Shown here: piece after piece, positions 15,040-29,900 of the stretch
Position numbering within the stretch: position 1 is the stretch's first letter
Layout: every line of letters begins with the position of its first letter
Assembly (NCBI RefSeq): GCF_009914755.1
Contig: NC_060926.1
DNA: 64,000 nt
Strand: one strand, 5' to 3'
Source: the human T2T-CHM13v2.0 reference genome, Homo sapiens
Made by a program: the position numbers and the translations under genes
Notes under the pieces: model-generated
Seen by the model: the letters and a program-made list of their open reading frames with translations, nothing else
What the model was told of the DNA's origin: nothing
The model's database searches: none

Positions 15040-15455
15040 TTCTCCTCTCCTCTCCTTCTGTTCAACCCTCCTTTCCCTCTGCTCCGGCAGCATGGCCTTC
15101 CTGCTGGTGCTGGGACATCTCCAGCTCACCCCACCCCAGGGTCTCCTTTCTTGCGGGTGTCCTGGTTCACTCCCTCACTTCATCCAGGTCTTTACTCAAC
15201 TATTTCATTTCCCAAGAGGCCCCCACTACTACCCTGGGCACCTTCTTTCTACCTGCCCTGCTAGTTTGTTTGTTTTTTTTTCATGGCGCTGGATTTATGC
15301 ATTATAGCTTCTCTCCCTGCAGCAGAATCTAAGCTCTGTGAGTGCAGGGATGTTCTCTCTCCTCACCCATGGGACCACTGTGTTACTCACTACATCCCAG
15401 CATGGTGCCTGGCATGTAGCAGATGCCCAGAAAACATTTGCTGAATGAATGAATG
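15040..15455 (+). mobile_element. L2 3' end
   Basis: gaatctaagctctgtgagtgcaggga...ggtgcctggcatgtagcagatgc...catttgctgaatgaatgaatg. Confidence 0.8.
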
Positions 15456-17129
15456 TGCACTAAAACCAACTTGAAATCCTGCCTGCTTCCTCCTGTGCAT
15501 GCAGGATTCTGTGCAAACATGGGATTGGAAATATGGCAAATGGAAGTTTTAAGAGAAGAGATTTGGTAACCATCTGAGAGTCGTCAAAACAGTGCATGCC
15601 CTCTCATTTTTTGCTTGCAGTCTGGTTTTGCATGTCTTTCTTCTATCCTAAGAAAGTGCTTTCTCTCAGGATTAAGGTGTTGTTGGCAGAATCAACTCTT
15701 TTTTATTTTCAGGAGACTAATACTGTATCTTATTTCAGTATTTGGGCTCACCTTTTAGTTGCCTATATCTAGCTATTGAATGGTATCAGTTAACAACATC
15801 AGCCTTAAGCCCACCACTAAGCTTGGCTTCTGTGCTACACTGCGGGCCTCAGGGCTGTTACTAAGAGTAACGTGACTGTGGTTGTTATTGCCCTCATTGC
15901 TGATTTCGTCCGACTCACAAGTGAAGGCGCGCCTTCCTACTGTGTTTGGAGCAGTAGGTCTGATTGACCGTGAAGTGAGTTAAGCTGGCATGAGCTCGCA
16001 GGGTGGTGCAGGCAGGGCTACCGCCACAGGTGCATCTTCCTCTGTAGGGCTCCTTACGGCCCACCTGTTTTCCATAGTCCTCTGTTTTCTTGGAAATGGA
16101 AAACAAAGGCATCCTGGCTGGTTACATGTGTACGTAGGTGTATAAAATGATGGGCATTTCCAGAGTGTGTCTGGGCAAGAGGATCTGGGCAAGGAAGCAG
16201 GGCCTCCAGCTTCACCCACATGTGTCTGCTCCTTCCTGGGGTCCAAACAGTGTGTTTGCCACCCTTGGGCATCCAGCATTTGAGAAATAACAGGTGTCTC
16301 TGCCCCCAGAGAGGGTAGCTTTGCTAACTAGGATTTGTTTGCTTATTGACTTAGGGGATGCTGATGTTTGAGCAGCCCCCTTGTCCCTAACTGTGTCATT
16401 GGAACAATTGGTGACCTTTCTCTGACAAGAAGGATGAAGGAGCCCATTCATTCATTCATTCATTGGACATATTTTCATGGAGTGCATGATGTCCTTGGGG
16501 TGTGCTATGACTGAAGACACTTCAGGTTGTAGGATCCCTTAATACATGACCTAATGAATGGCTGATCCCTGCCAAGACCCAGGGCAAAGCTTTTTTCATA
16601 GCTTTGACTGTACAGGGTCAGCTATCCTTGGGTAATGCTTTGTGACACTCTAAGGGCAATGATGAAAAATTAAATATGGTCAAGCTCATTTGTCTCAGGG
16701 GCCAGTGGGCTGTTGGGATGCCTGAGCCCCAAATGCCATTTTGAGTTTTTTTTTAGTTACTAGACTATCTTAGACTGAACCACCTACAATGGCCTATATT
16801 TGACAGTTTTTTTCACTATATAAAAACTACAAACACTCTAACTTTTATCAGGAGGGTTCACAAAGAACAAAACTGAGACTGTTTCCTCTTGATCCCTCGC
16901 CTCTGAGGACAGGAGATGAGTGTGTCTGGGGCTGACACGACCCTGGGAAACTAAGATACAGGAGGGGGAGTGTTTGCTTACTCCACTCTTATTTTTATAA
17001 TCCCTGGTGGCTGTCATTGCACCATCTCCTTGTGGGGGCAAATGTGTCAGTGTTGGAGGCAGAGGACACAGGTTCTAGTCTCAGCCCCTCCAATTATGAG
17101 TGACAGGCTCCACACGAGGCCTGGGCATA

Positions 17130-17300
17130 CTGAGTGCTAACCTAGACCAGTTCTTGGTGTTCCCATAATCATTATGAGCTGTGGGACTTCGGGCAAGACA
17201 GTGAACCTCTCTGAGCCTCAATTTCCTTATTGGGAAAATAGAGAAGACATTCATGACAACGCTTTGTAAAGTGCCACAGAAATGTACAGCAGAGGTTAAA
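17130..17300 (+). mobile_element. MIR
   Basis: gctgtgggacttcgggcaagacagtgaacctctctgagcctcaatttccttattgggaaaat. Confidence 0.75.
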
Positions 17301-20300
17301 TGATTAGACATCAGCTTATGTTTCCTTGCTTTATTTTTTAGGAAAATAGTAATCTTTGGGACTTAAAAAAAATTCCTTCCTGCAATATACGAATTCAGTA
17401 AGGACAGAATCGTAGGCATTGAGATGGAGGCGGCATACTCACAGGAAAGGCTGGCTGGGGCTTTTGTCCCCTAATTGATCTAATGTGCTAAGTGGGCTTA
17501 ATGTAAGTTAATTAATGATACTATTGGTGGGTGGAATACCTAGGCAGAGCCTCAAACAGCATCAAAGGAACGAGCAGGCAGGTGTCATCCAGGATAATTG
17601 AGGCATGCAGGCAGTCACTAGGCAGGCTAGGAGGAGGGTGAGGGGAAACTGAGCCCAGCTGAGGGGCTGAGCCACTTAAGCAGCAAGGCTGTCTGCCAAA
17701 CACCATCCTGTTTACAGCTCCTGTATTTGAATTTCAGATTTGCTTGAGTCTTTGAAGCTGGGTTCCTGGGCATTTCCTTGAGAATAAATTCTATTCTTTG
17801 GAAACCACAAAACGCACTCACTTGGACCCAGAAAGGAGCGTCAGGTAACCCAGCTTCCGTCTGTGGGCCTATGAGACCTGAGGAACTTTGACTAGAAGAG
17901 GCTCCCCATTTAACAGAGGCAAGTAGGTTTTGCGCTCCGTGAGATGGGGTAAGACCAGGTCTGTCTGCACTCCGGAGCAATGTTGGGCTGCCGCCCAATG
18001 GCAGGCACTGGGCTAGGCAAGAGGGTACCATGATGCCTGAGAAACAAAGATGAGCCCCTGACACGTCTGTGCTTCACAAATGTGTATGCCCAACAAAATG
18101 AAAGTCCAGCTCACAAAAGCAAGAAACCAGGTAGTGGCCAGGGAGTGAAAATCAAGCATTTCAGGGAAATTGTATTTACTTTTTCCTCCCAAAGACTGGT
18201 CCTTCCAAGATTATCCTCCAACTGTGCTGTCACAAATTAATCCTCCCACAGCACAGCCTGGCCCACTTAGGGATGGGGAGGGGTACAGTGGAGACCCCCG
18301 GCCAATCGCCACCAGGATCGCCAAACTTTCCCAGCCGTGAAGGGTACACGTGGACTGTCATCGGAACGAACGCTTATTTCCAAGCCTTGACCAGAGTCAC
18401 TCTCTTTTTGGTGGCCTCTGTCAAAATGTATCTTTAAAGGTTTTAAGTGGCTATGACTTACAAATCTCAGAGTATTAAGCCAGGCAAGAAACATTCTCTA
18501 TTTTAGATGCCTGGATCCCTTTTTTCCTTCAGTCTATTATGGCTCTTCACTTCTTTGTTACACTTTCACTCTTGCTTAGAAAGTGTCTCAAAAATGCCAC
18601 TTGAGAGCCACAGAGCAGTGGCCTGGGGACTGGGGAAGAGGACGGTGGTGCTCCTGTCTCTCCGTACGTCTCCTCACATGCGTGTACCCCTGGCTGTGTG
18701 GGATTGCCCACTGACCGGCATCTGCCCTGCTTGTTGATTTTAACTGTCCCTCTTGTTGCTGACCCAGCACAACATGGGCAGGGAAACCCAGTGGGAACCT
18801 CGCCTGCTGACCTCCCTGCCCAGCCACCCGCTTCTCCCTGAGCTGACATCTCAAAGCTTGGCTGCTGCAGGAGGCTGGGAATCAGAGCCGACTGAATCAG
18901 AGCCGACTCCTGTCTAGGAGCCCAACCCACCCCACGGTCTGTCAGAGTGTTGAGAGGAACCTCTTGGCTGGAAATGAAAACCTCAATCATCACAAATAGG
19001 TACCCACTCCCCTCCTTCTCTCCCTCTCCCCGCTCCCCCGCCACCAACACAGAGGCCAGGATATGGGGGGTCTCAGACACGACTGGAAACCCCACTTGGA
19101 AGGTCTCTTAGGTCACAGCGGGTACGCAGAGTTGGAGGCAGGTACAGAGCCCAGCTAGAGTCCCTGCCGCGCCTGCCTTCCCCAGTGAGCCGGGCACAGG
19201 GGCAAACCTGAGAAACATACTTTTCACGCTCCCTGGAGGAACCCGTTGCTTCAGTAGCCCAAATCTTAAAGCCTGTGAAGCACACACAGAATTTGTCTCC
19301 CTAACCAAATGTGCAACCAACAGCAAAACAGGGTTTCTGATGTTTTTCTAAAACAAAGGAACAATCTCAGGTCTTAGAACTGGTAGCGCAGACATACTGC
19401 AATCGGTAAAGCTTGTTCAAACGCAACCCAAAAATGACATGCATTTCAAAAATGCACCCAGCCTCTCTCCCAGCCCATGACACCTCCGTCTCGGCCACAG
19501 CTGAAGAGTTTAGAAAACCAGAGGAAAGGACCAGGGCTTACCTGGCTTCTGTTGGAGGTCAGCTTCAGTCCCAGCAGAAGATGGGTCTATGAAGAAAGTC
19601 AGGTACCATCCAGTTCTGGGTGACAGGCTTCACAGGTGGCCACCGTGGCAGCCCTCTCAGAAGCAGGTACTCTATGTCCTTAGGGGCCAGCAGGGCTGCC
19701 TGGGACCTGGCACACCTCTCTGACACTAGCCCCGCTTCCTTTCCGTTTAAAGGGCTTCCCGGGAACTCTTCCTTGACCGCTCCCTGCCCTGTCTGCAAGT
19801 TTGGAAACTCAGTCCTTGCCGAGGGGCTTTCCCTCATTGCAAACTCACCTGCACCATCTAGAGGTCTCTCCCAGCACTGGAGAGGCTGGAGCGGGCACGT
19901 TCAGCCCTGCTGCCATAGGTCCCTGGCACACCTGGCTCTCCGGCCGTCTGCCCCTTAAGAGATCTGTTGGAATGCGTAAAAATCATGGATTTTTTTTTTT
20001 GCAGGGGTGGGGGCCTTGCTTCTATCAGAGCCTTTAGGCGTGGGAGTGCTAAAAAGCTAAACTAGCATTAAAATATCATTAATCAAAGCTTGTTCGTAGA
20101 AGGACCCCCCACTGAGATGGCTACAGGCATGGGTGCCACTGCACGGATTCAGCTTCCAACATGTCTGTTCACATTCTCACCCATCCCCCGCACATCCCTC
20201 AGGGTTTGAGCCACCAGGACTGCTCTTCCTTTCCTCTCTCTGGACACCTCACACCACCAGTGTATACCCATGTAACTTCAGATAACCATACACACCCCCC

Positions 20301-20599
20301 GTATAACTAGGTAATTAGGAAGCCATTTGAAACATCAACATTTTGAAAGGACATACCTTTCAGTATTGGGCAATTATTTCTCAAAAAGTAAATGATTGGG
20401 GGGGGGGAAAACAGCCTTAAAATAATGTCATTCTCTTGTCATTTTCTCCCTCATTCACACCTACACAGATAAATACAGGAACAGAGCAGCTCCTCCAGGC
20501 TAGATTTCTGTGTTCTCCTTTTCCATCTTGTCCCCTCTGCCTTGGAAACCTACAAGGTAACTCACACATGAGAAAGTAAGAGCTTAAGAAAGAAACAGT

Positions 20600-21206
<607 letters not shown>

Positions 21207-22043
21207 GCAGACAGAAATGTATGGGGCTGGGGCAAGGACCTAGACTGTAAAGGACTAATTCTGCCTCCACAGAGATTAAGCTGAACCAGAGTTACTTAGC
21301 TGACTTGATCCTTGTGGATGATTAATCTAGATAATATAAGCTCCCAAACAAGAATTTTAACTTGAATTTTCAGGTTTGGTTGTCTACCCTGCTCATGCCG
21401 AGTTCAGACTGAGGGTCTGTGATAAATTAAAGTCACTGAAATTATTAAATTAGGAACCTGGGAAAATGAATGGGAGGTATTCTGGGCTAATCTGTTCTAC
21501 TCCATATAATTTTTACTTTCTGGTGTGCTCACAGTGTGTTTGAGGTTTGGGATTATTTTAGGTGTAACTAAAACATTTTTTCTATTGGAAATTAAGTGGT
21601 GATTTAAAATTTACCAAAAGGAATGATACTGATATTTCCCAAAGAGAGAGAAAAAAGACACAAGAAAAAATTAAAATGGCACAAAATATGGATGCTGTAA
21701 TAGAAGCCAAGGGAGTTTTTTCCTCTCTTTGAAAAAAATCCAAACATCATGGCATTAAGCAAGGTTATGGATGGTTATACTTGAAGTCTGCCTAGTCATC
21801 ATATCCAAATGAAAATGAGTATATAATTAATTCAGTTGATTAAGAGAAAGAATGAAATGAGAAATCATTGCTTATCTTCATCATGTAAAGCTCCAGAGCT
21901 TTGAAGATATGTGATTTTCTGTTTTATACATTTCCTAAGAGACTGAGGCAGAAATAGCAACAGGTTATCAATAGCATTTTTTAAGTAAGAAAATGAATCA
22001 AGACTGCAGAACATGGTTGGGTGAAGGGGGTCTCCTGGGGCTG

Positions 22044-22114
22044 TGTTCTAAATTTAGAACAAATTTAGAAATGATGAATGTAATTTAGAACAAATGAATT
22101 GTAATTTAGAACAC
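22044..22114. repeat. 18-bp perfect palindrome plus tandem aatttagaa(ca) copies
   Basis: tgttctaaa|tttagaaca at 22044-22061; further copies at 22062, 22082 and 22103. Confidence 0.9.
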
Positions 22115-22394
22115 ATGCTTGCTACACATAACAGCCCGGCCAGCCACCTGCCCCCTTCATGAGGTGTGCTCAAATGCATGGCCAGGAGTCTTATGGAGGG
22201 GCACAACAGGCAGGCTGGCCCCAGCTCTCAGCTCCGCAGCAACAAAACTTCGCAAGTGATTTTAGAGAGTCAATGGACTCCCATCCCTGTAAAAAACACT
22301 CAGGGGTTGGTAAGAATTATCTTGCAGATCAGATAATTTCCAGTGAGTGAAACAGAGCCATATTCTGGTCATCGTGATTTTAAATTTGTGTCTT

Positions 22395-22681
22395 TTATTT
22401 TTTTGGTGAGACAGAGTCTTGCTCTCTCGCCCAGACTGGAGTGCAGTAGCGTGATCTTGGCCCACTGGAACCTCTGCCTCCCAGGTTTAAGCGATTCTCA
22501 GCCTCCCGAGGAGCTGGGATTACAGACATGTGCCACTGCTCCCATCTAATTTTTGTATTTTTAGTAGAGACAGAGTTTCACCATGTTGGCCAGGCTGGTC
22601 TCGAACTCCTGACTTCAAGTGATCCTCCTGCCTCAGCCTCCCAAAGTGCTGGGACTACAGGTGTGAGCCACCGGACTCACC
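22395..22681 (-). mobile_element. AluSz/Sx-like
   Basis: Full dimer; TSD ttaaatYtgtgtctt on both sides. Confidence 0.95.
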
Positions 22682-24381
22682 TTAAATCTGTGTCTTAATT
22701 ACAAATCTCATGTTGTGTGAGCAGAAAGAAAATCCTTGATACCCATGTACCCCATCAAAGTAGCATTCTCCTATGCCATCATGTTCATGTGTTTATTCAT
22801 GCAGCAAATGCACGTCACGTCTTCTACGTGCCGGTACTGTTCCAGTTGCTGGGTAGATCACAATGAGAACAACAGTCAAAATCGCTGGCCTCAAGAAGCT
22901 TATGCTCTGTTTGGGGAGGCATAGAGTAATCAAGTTATGAAATGGAGATGAAAAGTACTTCTTGGCCGTGATAAGCAAGGGTGCACAGGATGCCTGGATT
23001 ATTTGTGTTTGTATGTGAGGGGATTATCAGTTGGCTGGTGACAGTTTCCTGCTACTAATTACTGTCTCAAAAAGTGGCAGGGGAATCAAACACTCCAAAA
23101 GCAAGATGCTCCTGTCTGGCAGCTGGGCCCTGACATATAATTGGTTTCACCTAACAACTCACCACAGCAAGTAAACTTCTGGTTACCTGCAGGTGAAGTC
23201 TATCTCAGAAAACCTTCCAGGAAATGACATTGCTCAAATCCTAACACAGTGTGTGTATATTTGATGAAATGTTTTTATGCTCATGGTGACACCCACTAAG
23301 TTATTCAGAATAAAATGATCACAGTTCTGTCTATAGTGTAGAGTTTGCAGCTTCAAATTTGTCCCACAACTGGGACTGTTTTCTGGAAGAACGTTGCCCC
23401 TGCCTCGTGGCACAGTGGCTCCCAGGACTGACCTGGCCTGGCTTCTTTGCTTTCCTAAAATGCGTTTGTCCCCAGCTCTGTCAGTGGTAACCTCACAGGG
23501 CTCTGCCCTCCTCAGCACTGGCCAGCTAGTTTTTAAAGTATCATCTCAGAGCACCCGCTACTCATGTGGTCACAGTTCCATAGGCAGAAAAAACAGGAAT
23601 ATAAATATTTGTGATTTAAAGTCTCTCTTAGGAACCACACCTTCCTAGGCTTGCAAATGTGCCTAAAATATGAGAATGGAATTGGGTGATACGGCGGACA
23701 CCAGCAAGCTGATGTGGGGGTAAGGGGGTGTGAGGGGCGGTGCTTTGGTTGTTGAGAAGGAAAGTTGACCAAGACTTGCGAAGGAAGAAGGCAGTCCTGC
23801 AGAGTTGGGCAGAAGGTGTTTCAGATGGACCAAAGGTCTTGTACAAAGGTCCTGTGGGGCCCAGAGCCAGGTGTGCTGAGGAAACTGACAGAAAACTGTG
23901 GCCACAAAGCAGGGAGCTGGCCTGGGAGGCAGCTGAGCCCAGCCCAGGAAGGGTGGTAGAGACCACATTCCACGTGGGGGCTGGACAAAAGGGTATGGAT
24001 TCTATTCCAAGTATATCATGATTTGAAAATGATGGAAACTTGTTTTAGAAGTAAAATGGGCCACTATCCTTAGCAAAATGAGGAAAGGGAGAGACTAAGT
24101 CTGGGGGAGTATTTGCACAGAGGGAGGGCCTTTAGGGTGTCACCTAGATACCGGGAGATGAAATGCTATGTGAACCATTGTCAAGCTTGGGTGATCTGTC
24201 CTCCCCCAGCATAAATTCAGATGGGACAGCTCCAGGTCAAAGGCAGAGGAAAGAGCTGGGCTTTGCGTTGATTGTACCCTATTGGAGAATGAGATTCTGC
24301 ATTTAGTTATTTAACTAAACTTTGAACACTGACCCCCTGCTACTGATTAAACAAAAGCCTGGCTTTCCTTTGGCTACCTGC

Positions 24382-24705
24382 CTTAGCTTGGGCTGCTATA
24401 ACAAAAATATTGTAGGCTGGGAGGCCTCAACAACAGACATTTGTTTCTCCCAGTTCTGGAGGCTGGGAAGTCCGAGATCAAGGTGCCCAGCAGACCCAGT
24501 GTCTGGTCATCTCCCATGGCAGATGGGGTGAGGCCGCTGTCTGGGGTGTCATTTACAAGGGCACTAATCCCATTCATGAGGCTCCATCTCTAGCCTCCAT
24601 GACCTAATCACCTCCCAAAGACCCCACCTCCAAATACCATCACCTAGGAGCTTAGGATTTCAATATATGAATTTCAGGGGAGACACAGACACCCAGACCA
24701 CAGCA
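24382..24705 (-). mobile_element. MLT1A-type MaLR solo LTR
   Basis: ttgggctgctataacaaaa...cagttctggaggctgggaagtccgagatcaaggtgcc...cctaatcacctcccaaagaccccacctccaaataccatcac. Confidence 0.88.
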
Positions 24706-25356
24706 CTTCCCATTTGCCCAGGATTCCCCCCATGGACACCTTATTAAAAATGCAAGCTGGATTTGGAACACAGCTGTCAATAATGACTCTGGTCACATAA
24801 AGGAAGGACCATAATGAACCACCTCCATGGATGAAGGAAAGCTTCAGGCCAGGAGCTTCGTGCAGGGCAAAGGCATGCCCTCTCCCGTGGCCTAAGCTCT
24901 CTCTGCTCCCCAGCTAGGGTTTGAGACGGCCCCCACCACCTCCATTATGTAAGCAGTGAAAACATAATTGAAATTGATCCTCGCTGAGAATGGCTTTACG
25001 AGCTTGAATAGTGCAAAGGTTCAAATACTAAATCTTTTTTACGATCTGTAATATTGTCATTTAGCTCAACAGTACACATCACTATGTTTTTCTAATAAAG
25101 GAAACCACAAGAGTATTATAAAACCTATTTGCACTATACCAGAAAAATTAAGAGGGGAGAAAACTGAGTTTAGAAATATGAAATATTGATATCTTCATTT
25201 GAAAATCAACAAATTCATCCTTCTAATAGGCAAGTACATATTTCTATCATAAATCATGGCTCCGGGGAAAGGGGATTATGGGGTCATGGGATTATCATGC
25301 TATTAACCAGTGGATATCTAAAAGCAGGGAAGTATGGGTCCATAGTATAAACATAA

Positions 25357-25697
<341 letters not shown>

Positions 25698-25737
25698 GCA
25701 TTGGGTTTTATTTATTAGTATTTATTAATCAATGGAT

Positions 25738-25883
25738 TTTTTTCTAGAGACAGGGTCTTGCTCCATCACCTGTGCTGGAGTGAAGTAGTGAGACTGCAGC
25801 TCACTGCAGCCTCAAACTCCTATGCTCAAGTGATCCTCCCACCTTGGCTTCCCAAGTTGCTGGGAATACAGGTGTGCCTGGCC
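25738..25883 (-). mobile_element. AluJ right-arm / FRAM-like fragment
   Basis: gagacagggtcttgc...cactgcagcctcaaactcc...ctcaagtgatcctccc. Confidence 0.85.
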
Positions 25884-26124
25884 AAATTAATGAAATTAAA
25901 AATCACACCTATTACAACATTTTGCAGGTAATCTGTAAGGCAGAGGAACGATTGATTTACAAGGGCTAATGTGTTCTTGCAGGGGGCATGTTAGTTCTCC
26001 CTTACTCTTCACCTGCTATGGATATGAACCCATTGTCCAAAGATCCCCAAAGCTGTGGTCAGCAAAAGAAAGCCAAAATGGGAATAAACAGGCATTTTAA
26101 CAGGAATTCACCCTGGCTGGCAGA

Positions 26125-26530
26125 GCTGCTGCCTGCCACCTCTTCCCAGCCTCCCTTCTCCAGCAGGAATCTCCCAGCTCTGCTCAGAGCAATATGCCTG
26201 GCTAAATGGTTGCATTTCTTAGCTTCCCTTGCAGTTAGATGTTGCCGCGTGCTTCAGAACTGTCCAATGAGCCACAGCAGGTGTCAGAGACTTCCAAAAA
26301 GGCTGCCAACTCATCTGGGAGGAAGCTGTTCTGCCCCTTTCCATGCGTCCCCTTTGCTGCCACCTGGAGTGTGAACATGACAGCTGGGTAGACATCAGAG
26401 TAGGACGGAAGGAGCTCCAACCCCTTGTGCAGCTGCCCCACCAGGCCCAAATTACCTGCCTCATTCATGGGAAAGAATAAACCCTCATGTCTTTCAGCCA
26501 CTGTAGCCAGGCCTTATTAATAAAGACTAA
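26125..26530 (+). mobile_element. Old ERVL LTR (LTR16/LTR33 group)
   Basis: tgcatttcttagcttcccttgcagttagatgttgcc...ccaatgag; 3' gaataaaccctcatgtctttcagccactgt. Confidence 0.6.
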
Positions 26531-27289
26531 TTAATTTGCAGTTTCTCATTATGAAAAATTGGGATATGCAATTTATTCTTTTCTAGATAAGCAAGGTTTA
26601 AGAAAGTCTGCTTTATGGCAATTTTAGCTTTCATATCAGTTCTGCTGGGGTATCATTCATAGTATAAAATGATTCCCCAAGGAAATGAAGTGTTGACTAA
26701 CTGGAAAGATTCTGATTTGGGAAGAGGGAGTGAAGAGTGAGAGTTCCCTGCTGCCTAACAGTGGGGATAGGTGCCAGGCTTCTGGTGTTGACCAGGTTTG
26801 AACCCCAGGAAGGTCTGAGTCTGGGTCTTGGTTCCACCCTAAGCCACACAGTTTAGGGATCTTTACACCCCAGGTGCAGGGATGTACGTTTAAGTCCAGC
26901 ACAGTTTCTCACAATCCCAAACTGGGCTGGACACTAGAGAGCTCTCCTCTACTCATGCCTTCAAGGGGGCTGGTAATGTCCAACCACACTCCTTGGGAGC
27001 AGCTCAAAGTAAATAAGAAAGGCTCCAGATAGGTGAGTGGCCACCAGGACACTGGCCTCATTAAGCAGGCCCATTAACGGTATGCGCCATGGACTTCAAC
27101 AATGAAATACATACCCCAGACGGGATCTAGGGGATTCACTGACTGGGAGAGAGTATGTGGAAACTTCTACTTCCATTCCCCCCTGCCCATGAGCATGGAG
27201 CCCAAGCCTGCTGTGCTGTTGTCCTGTGCCTTTGAATCAGTGATCTTACCAGCAACATCCATCTGCACAGGCCAACAGTGTGGCAGTAA

Positions 27290-27650
27290 CACAGGAACCC
27301 TGAAGTCTCGGTGGCATAATACAATCATAGCTCGTTTCTTGCTCATGTCACATCTGATGCGGGCTAGGTGGCTTTTCCAGATGGTTCTCCTGCCAGCAGT
27401 GACTCAGAAACCCAAACTCCTTCCAGCCTGTGGCCCCACCATCTGCCTCTTCTCAGGTCAGACAGGAGCAAAGGCTTGGATGAGCACATGGGATGCTCAG
27501 GACCAGGCCCAGCAGTGGCACACCACTTCAGTTGGCTAGCATCTACTCACATGCCTCCAGGCTGACTGCTGTAAGGGTGGGGAGTGCAGTGTTTTTGTGT
27601 GTCCAGGAGCAGAAAATGGGATTCAAGTGTGTAACTAGTCTCTGTTGCCA
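27290..27650 (-). mobile_element. LTR33-like old ERVL LTR
   Basis: gtttcttgctcatgtcaca...gactcagaaacccaaactccttccagcctgtggccccaccatc...ggaccaggcccagcagtggcacaccacttc. Confidence 0.6.
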
Positions 27651-27727
27651 GAAACTTTCCTAAACTCCTCATTCTGTTTAAACAAAACCTCTAGCCAGTG
27701 GGTCTGAAGCATAAGATGTCCTAGTAT

Positions 27728-28164
<437 letters not shown>

Positions 28165-28181
28165 TTAAGACACTGCTCTGT

Positions 28182-28539
<358 letters not shown>

Positions 28540-28659
28540 TCAGCCTCGGCAAGTATCAGTGTGCATCTCTGAATGATGGTGATTGTCTTTTATGGGTCAT
28601 GCTGAATTGCAGTGAGATGGTTGTATCCACTCTTCAGTCTACCGGAACTGTTGCTCTCC

Positions 28660-29210
28660 CTACACTCTGGGATTGTTCTTGCCTAGGTCACCAGGGACCT
28701 CCTAATTGCTAAAGCCAGTAGATACCTTTCAGTCTTTATGCTCCTGGAGCTTTTTAATGCCATGCAACAAGACCATGATCTCTTCTTCCTCTGTGAAACC
28801 TGACTCCTGGTTTATTCTTGGTCTCCTGTGGGCCATTCATCTCGACCTGCCCCTCGGATAATGCTGTTTCCAGGGTCCCACTGCTAGGGTCTCCATATTC
28901 TCCCAGGCTCATTGTTTCATCAGCCTGGCGACTCCTGCACTTAATTTTGAGCCCAGGCTTCGTCTTTTAAGCTTTGATTCTTGTATTCGTGGAGTGGAAA
29001 ACATCTCGTTGGGAAGTCTCAGAGATGCTGGAAACAACACCCTCAACACATCCAATCCTCCTCGTTTCCTGAATCAGCCAGGACCACCACTAATCCTCCT
29101 AAGGAGAGATCACAGAATCATTTTCAGCGTCTTCTCTCTCACTGTTTATCCTGCTTCTGACTTTCTCTTCCTCAACCCAGCCTCTACAGTGATTTATCTA
29201 AAATGCAAAC
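28660..29210 (+). mobile_element. Degenerate L2 fragments
   Basis: aggtcaccagggacctcctaattgctaaagccagtaga...; cagtgatttatctaaaatgcaaa. Confidence 0.55.
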
Positions 29211-29719
29211 TCCGAGCCCCAGCCACTGACCTTAATAATGAAGGCACCCTCTCACTGGCCCCTGCCAAGTGTTCCTGGATGCAGACCACAGAGCTCCACA
29301 AGAAATTCAAAGATCTGGATTTTTTTTTTTTTTAAGTAACATCTTCCCATTTTTAAATATGGCAACTTATCTGTGTGGCCCAAGTAAACACAAAAAATGG
29401 CTTCAGCCTGGCTCAGGCCCCCAGGTGGCCAGTTGGTGTCCTCTAGCCTGAAGGCTGAAAGCTGGGCCCGTGCCTCCTCCACCAGAGCCTGGTTCCCTGC
29501 TAGCCTCACTGTCCCCAAGCTTGCTTTGATCTTCAGACTCTAACGGCAGCAAAAGGTTTGTGGTCTCAAGCCATTCTGTTTTTCCAAGATGTGATTTTGC
29601 AAATAAATTTATCCATTTTAGTGCTTATTGTCGAGCTGACTATAGAGTTTAAAATTCTTATTATTGTAAGTATGTGAAATATGTGGTTGACTGGAGATGC
29701 CTGGGTGCCGACAAGCTGC

Positions 29720-29900
29720 ATTCTCCTGGCTTGGCTTCTAACTTGCTTAACCTCCAGAAGCCCTGGGTTCTTCATCTGAAAAGTGGGAAAAATAACAGTA
29801 CCTACTTCATAGGATTGATGTGAGCATTAAATGAGGTAACATAAACATGGGGCTTAGGCTGGAGCTTTGCATGTTAAGTAATGTTAGCTCCATTCCTATA
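29720..29900 (+). mobile_element. MIR
   Basis: ttcttcatctgaaaagtgggaaaaataacagtacctacttcataggattgatgtgagcattaaatgag. Confidence 0.85.

Noticed and set aside
18547-19095. Longest ORF in the track (182 aa, minus strand)
   Set aside because: Non-ATG start, no recognisable domain, composition expected of GC-rich non-coding DNA
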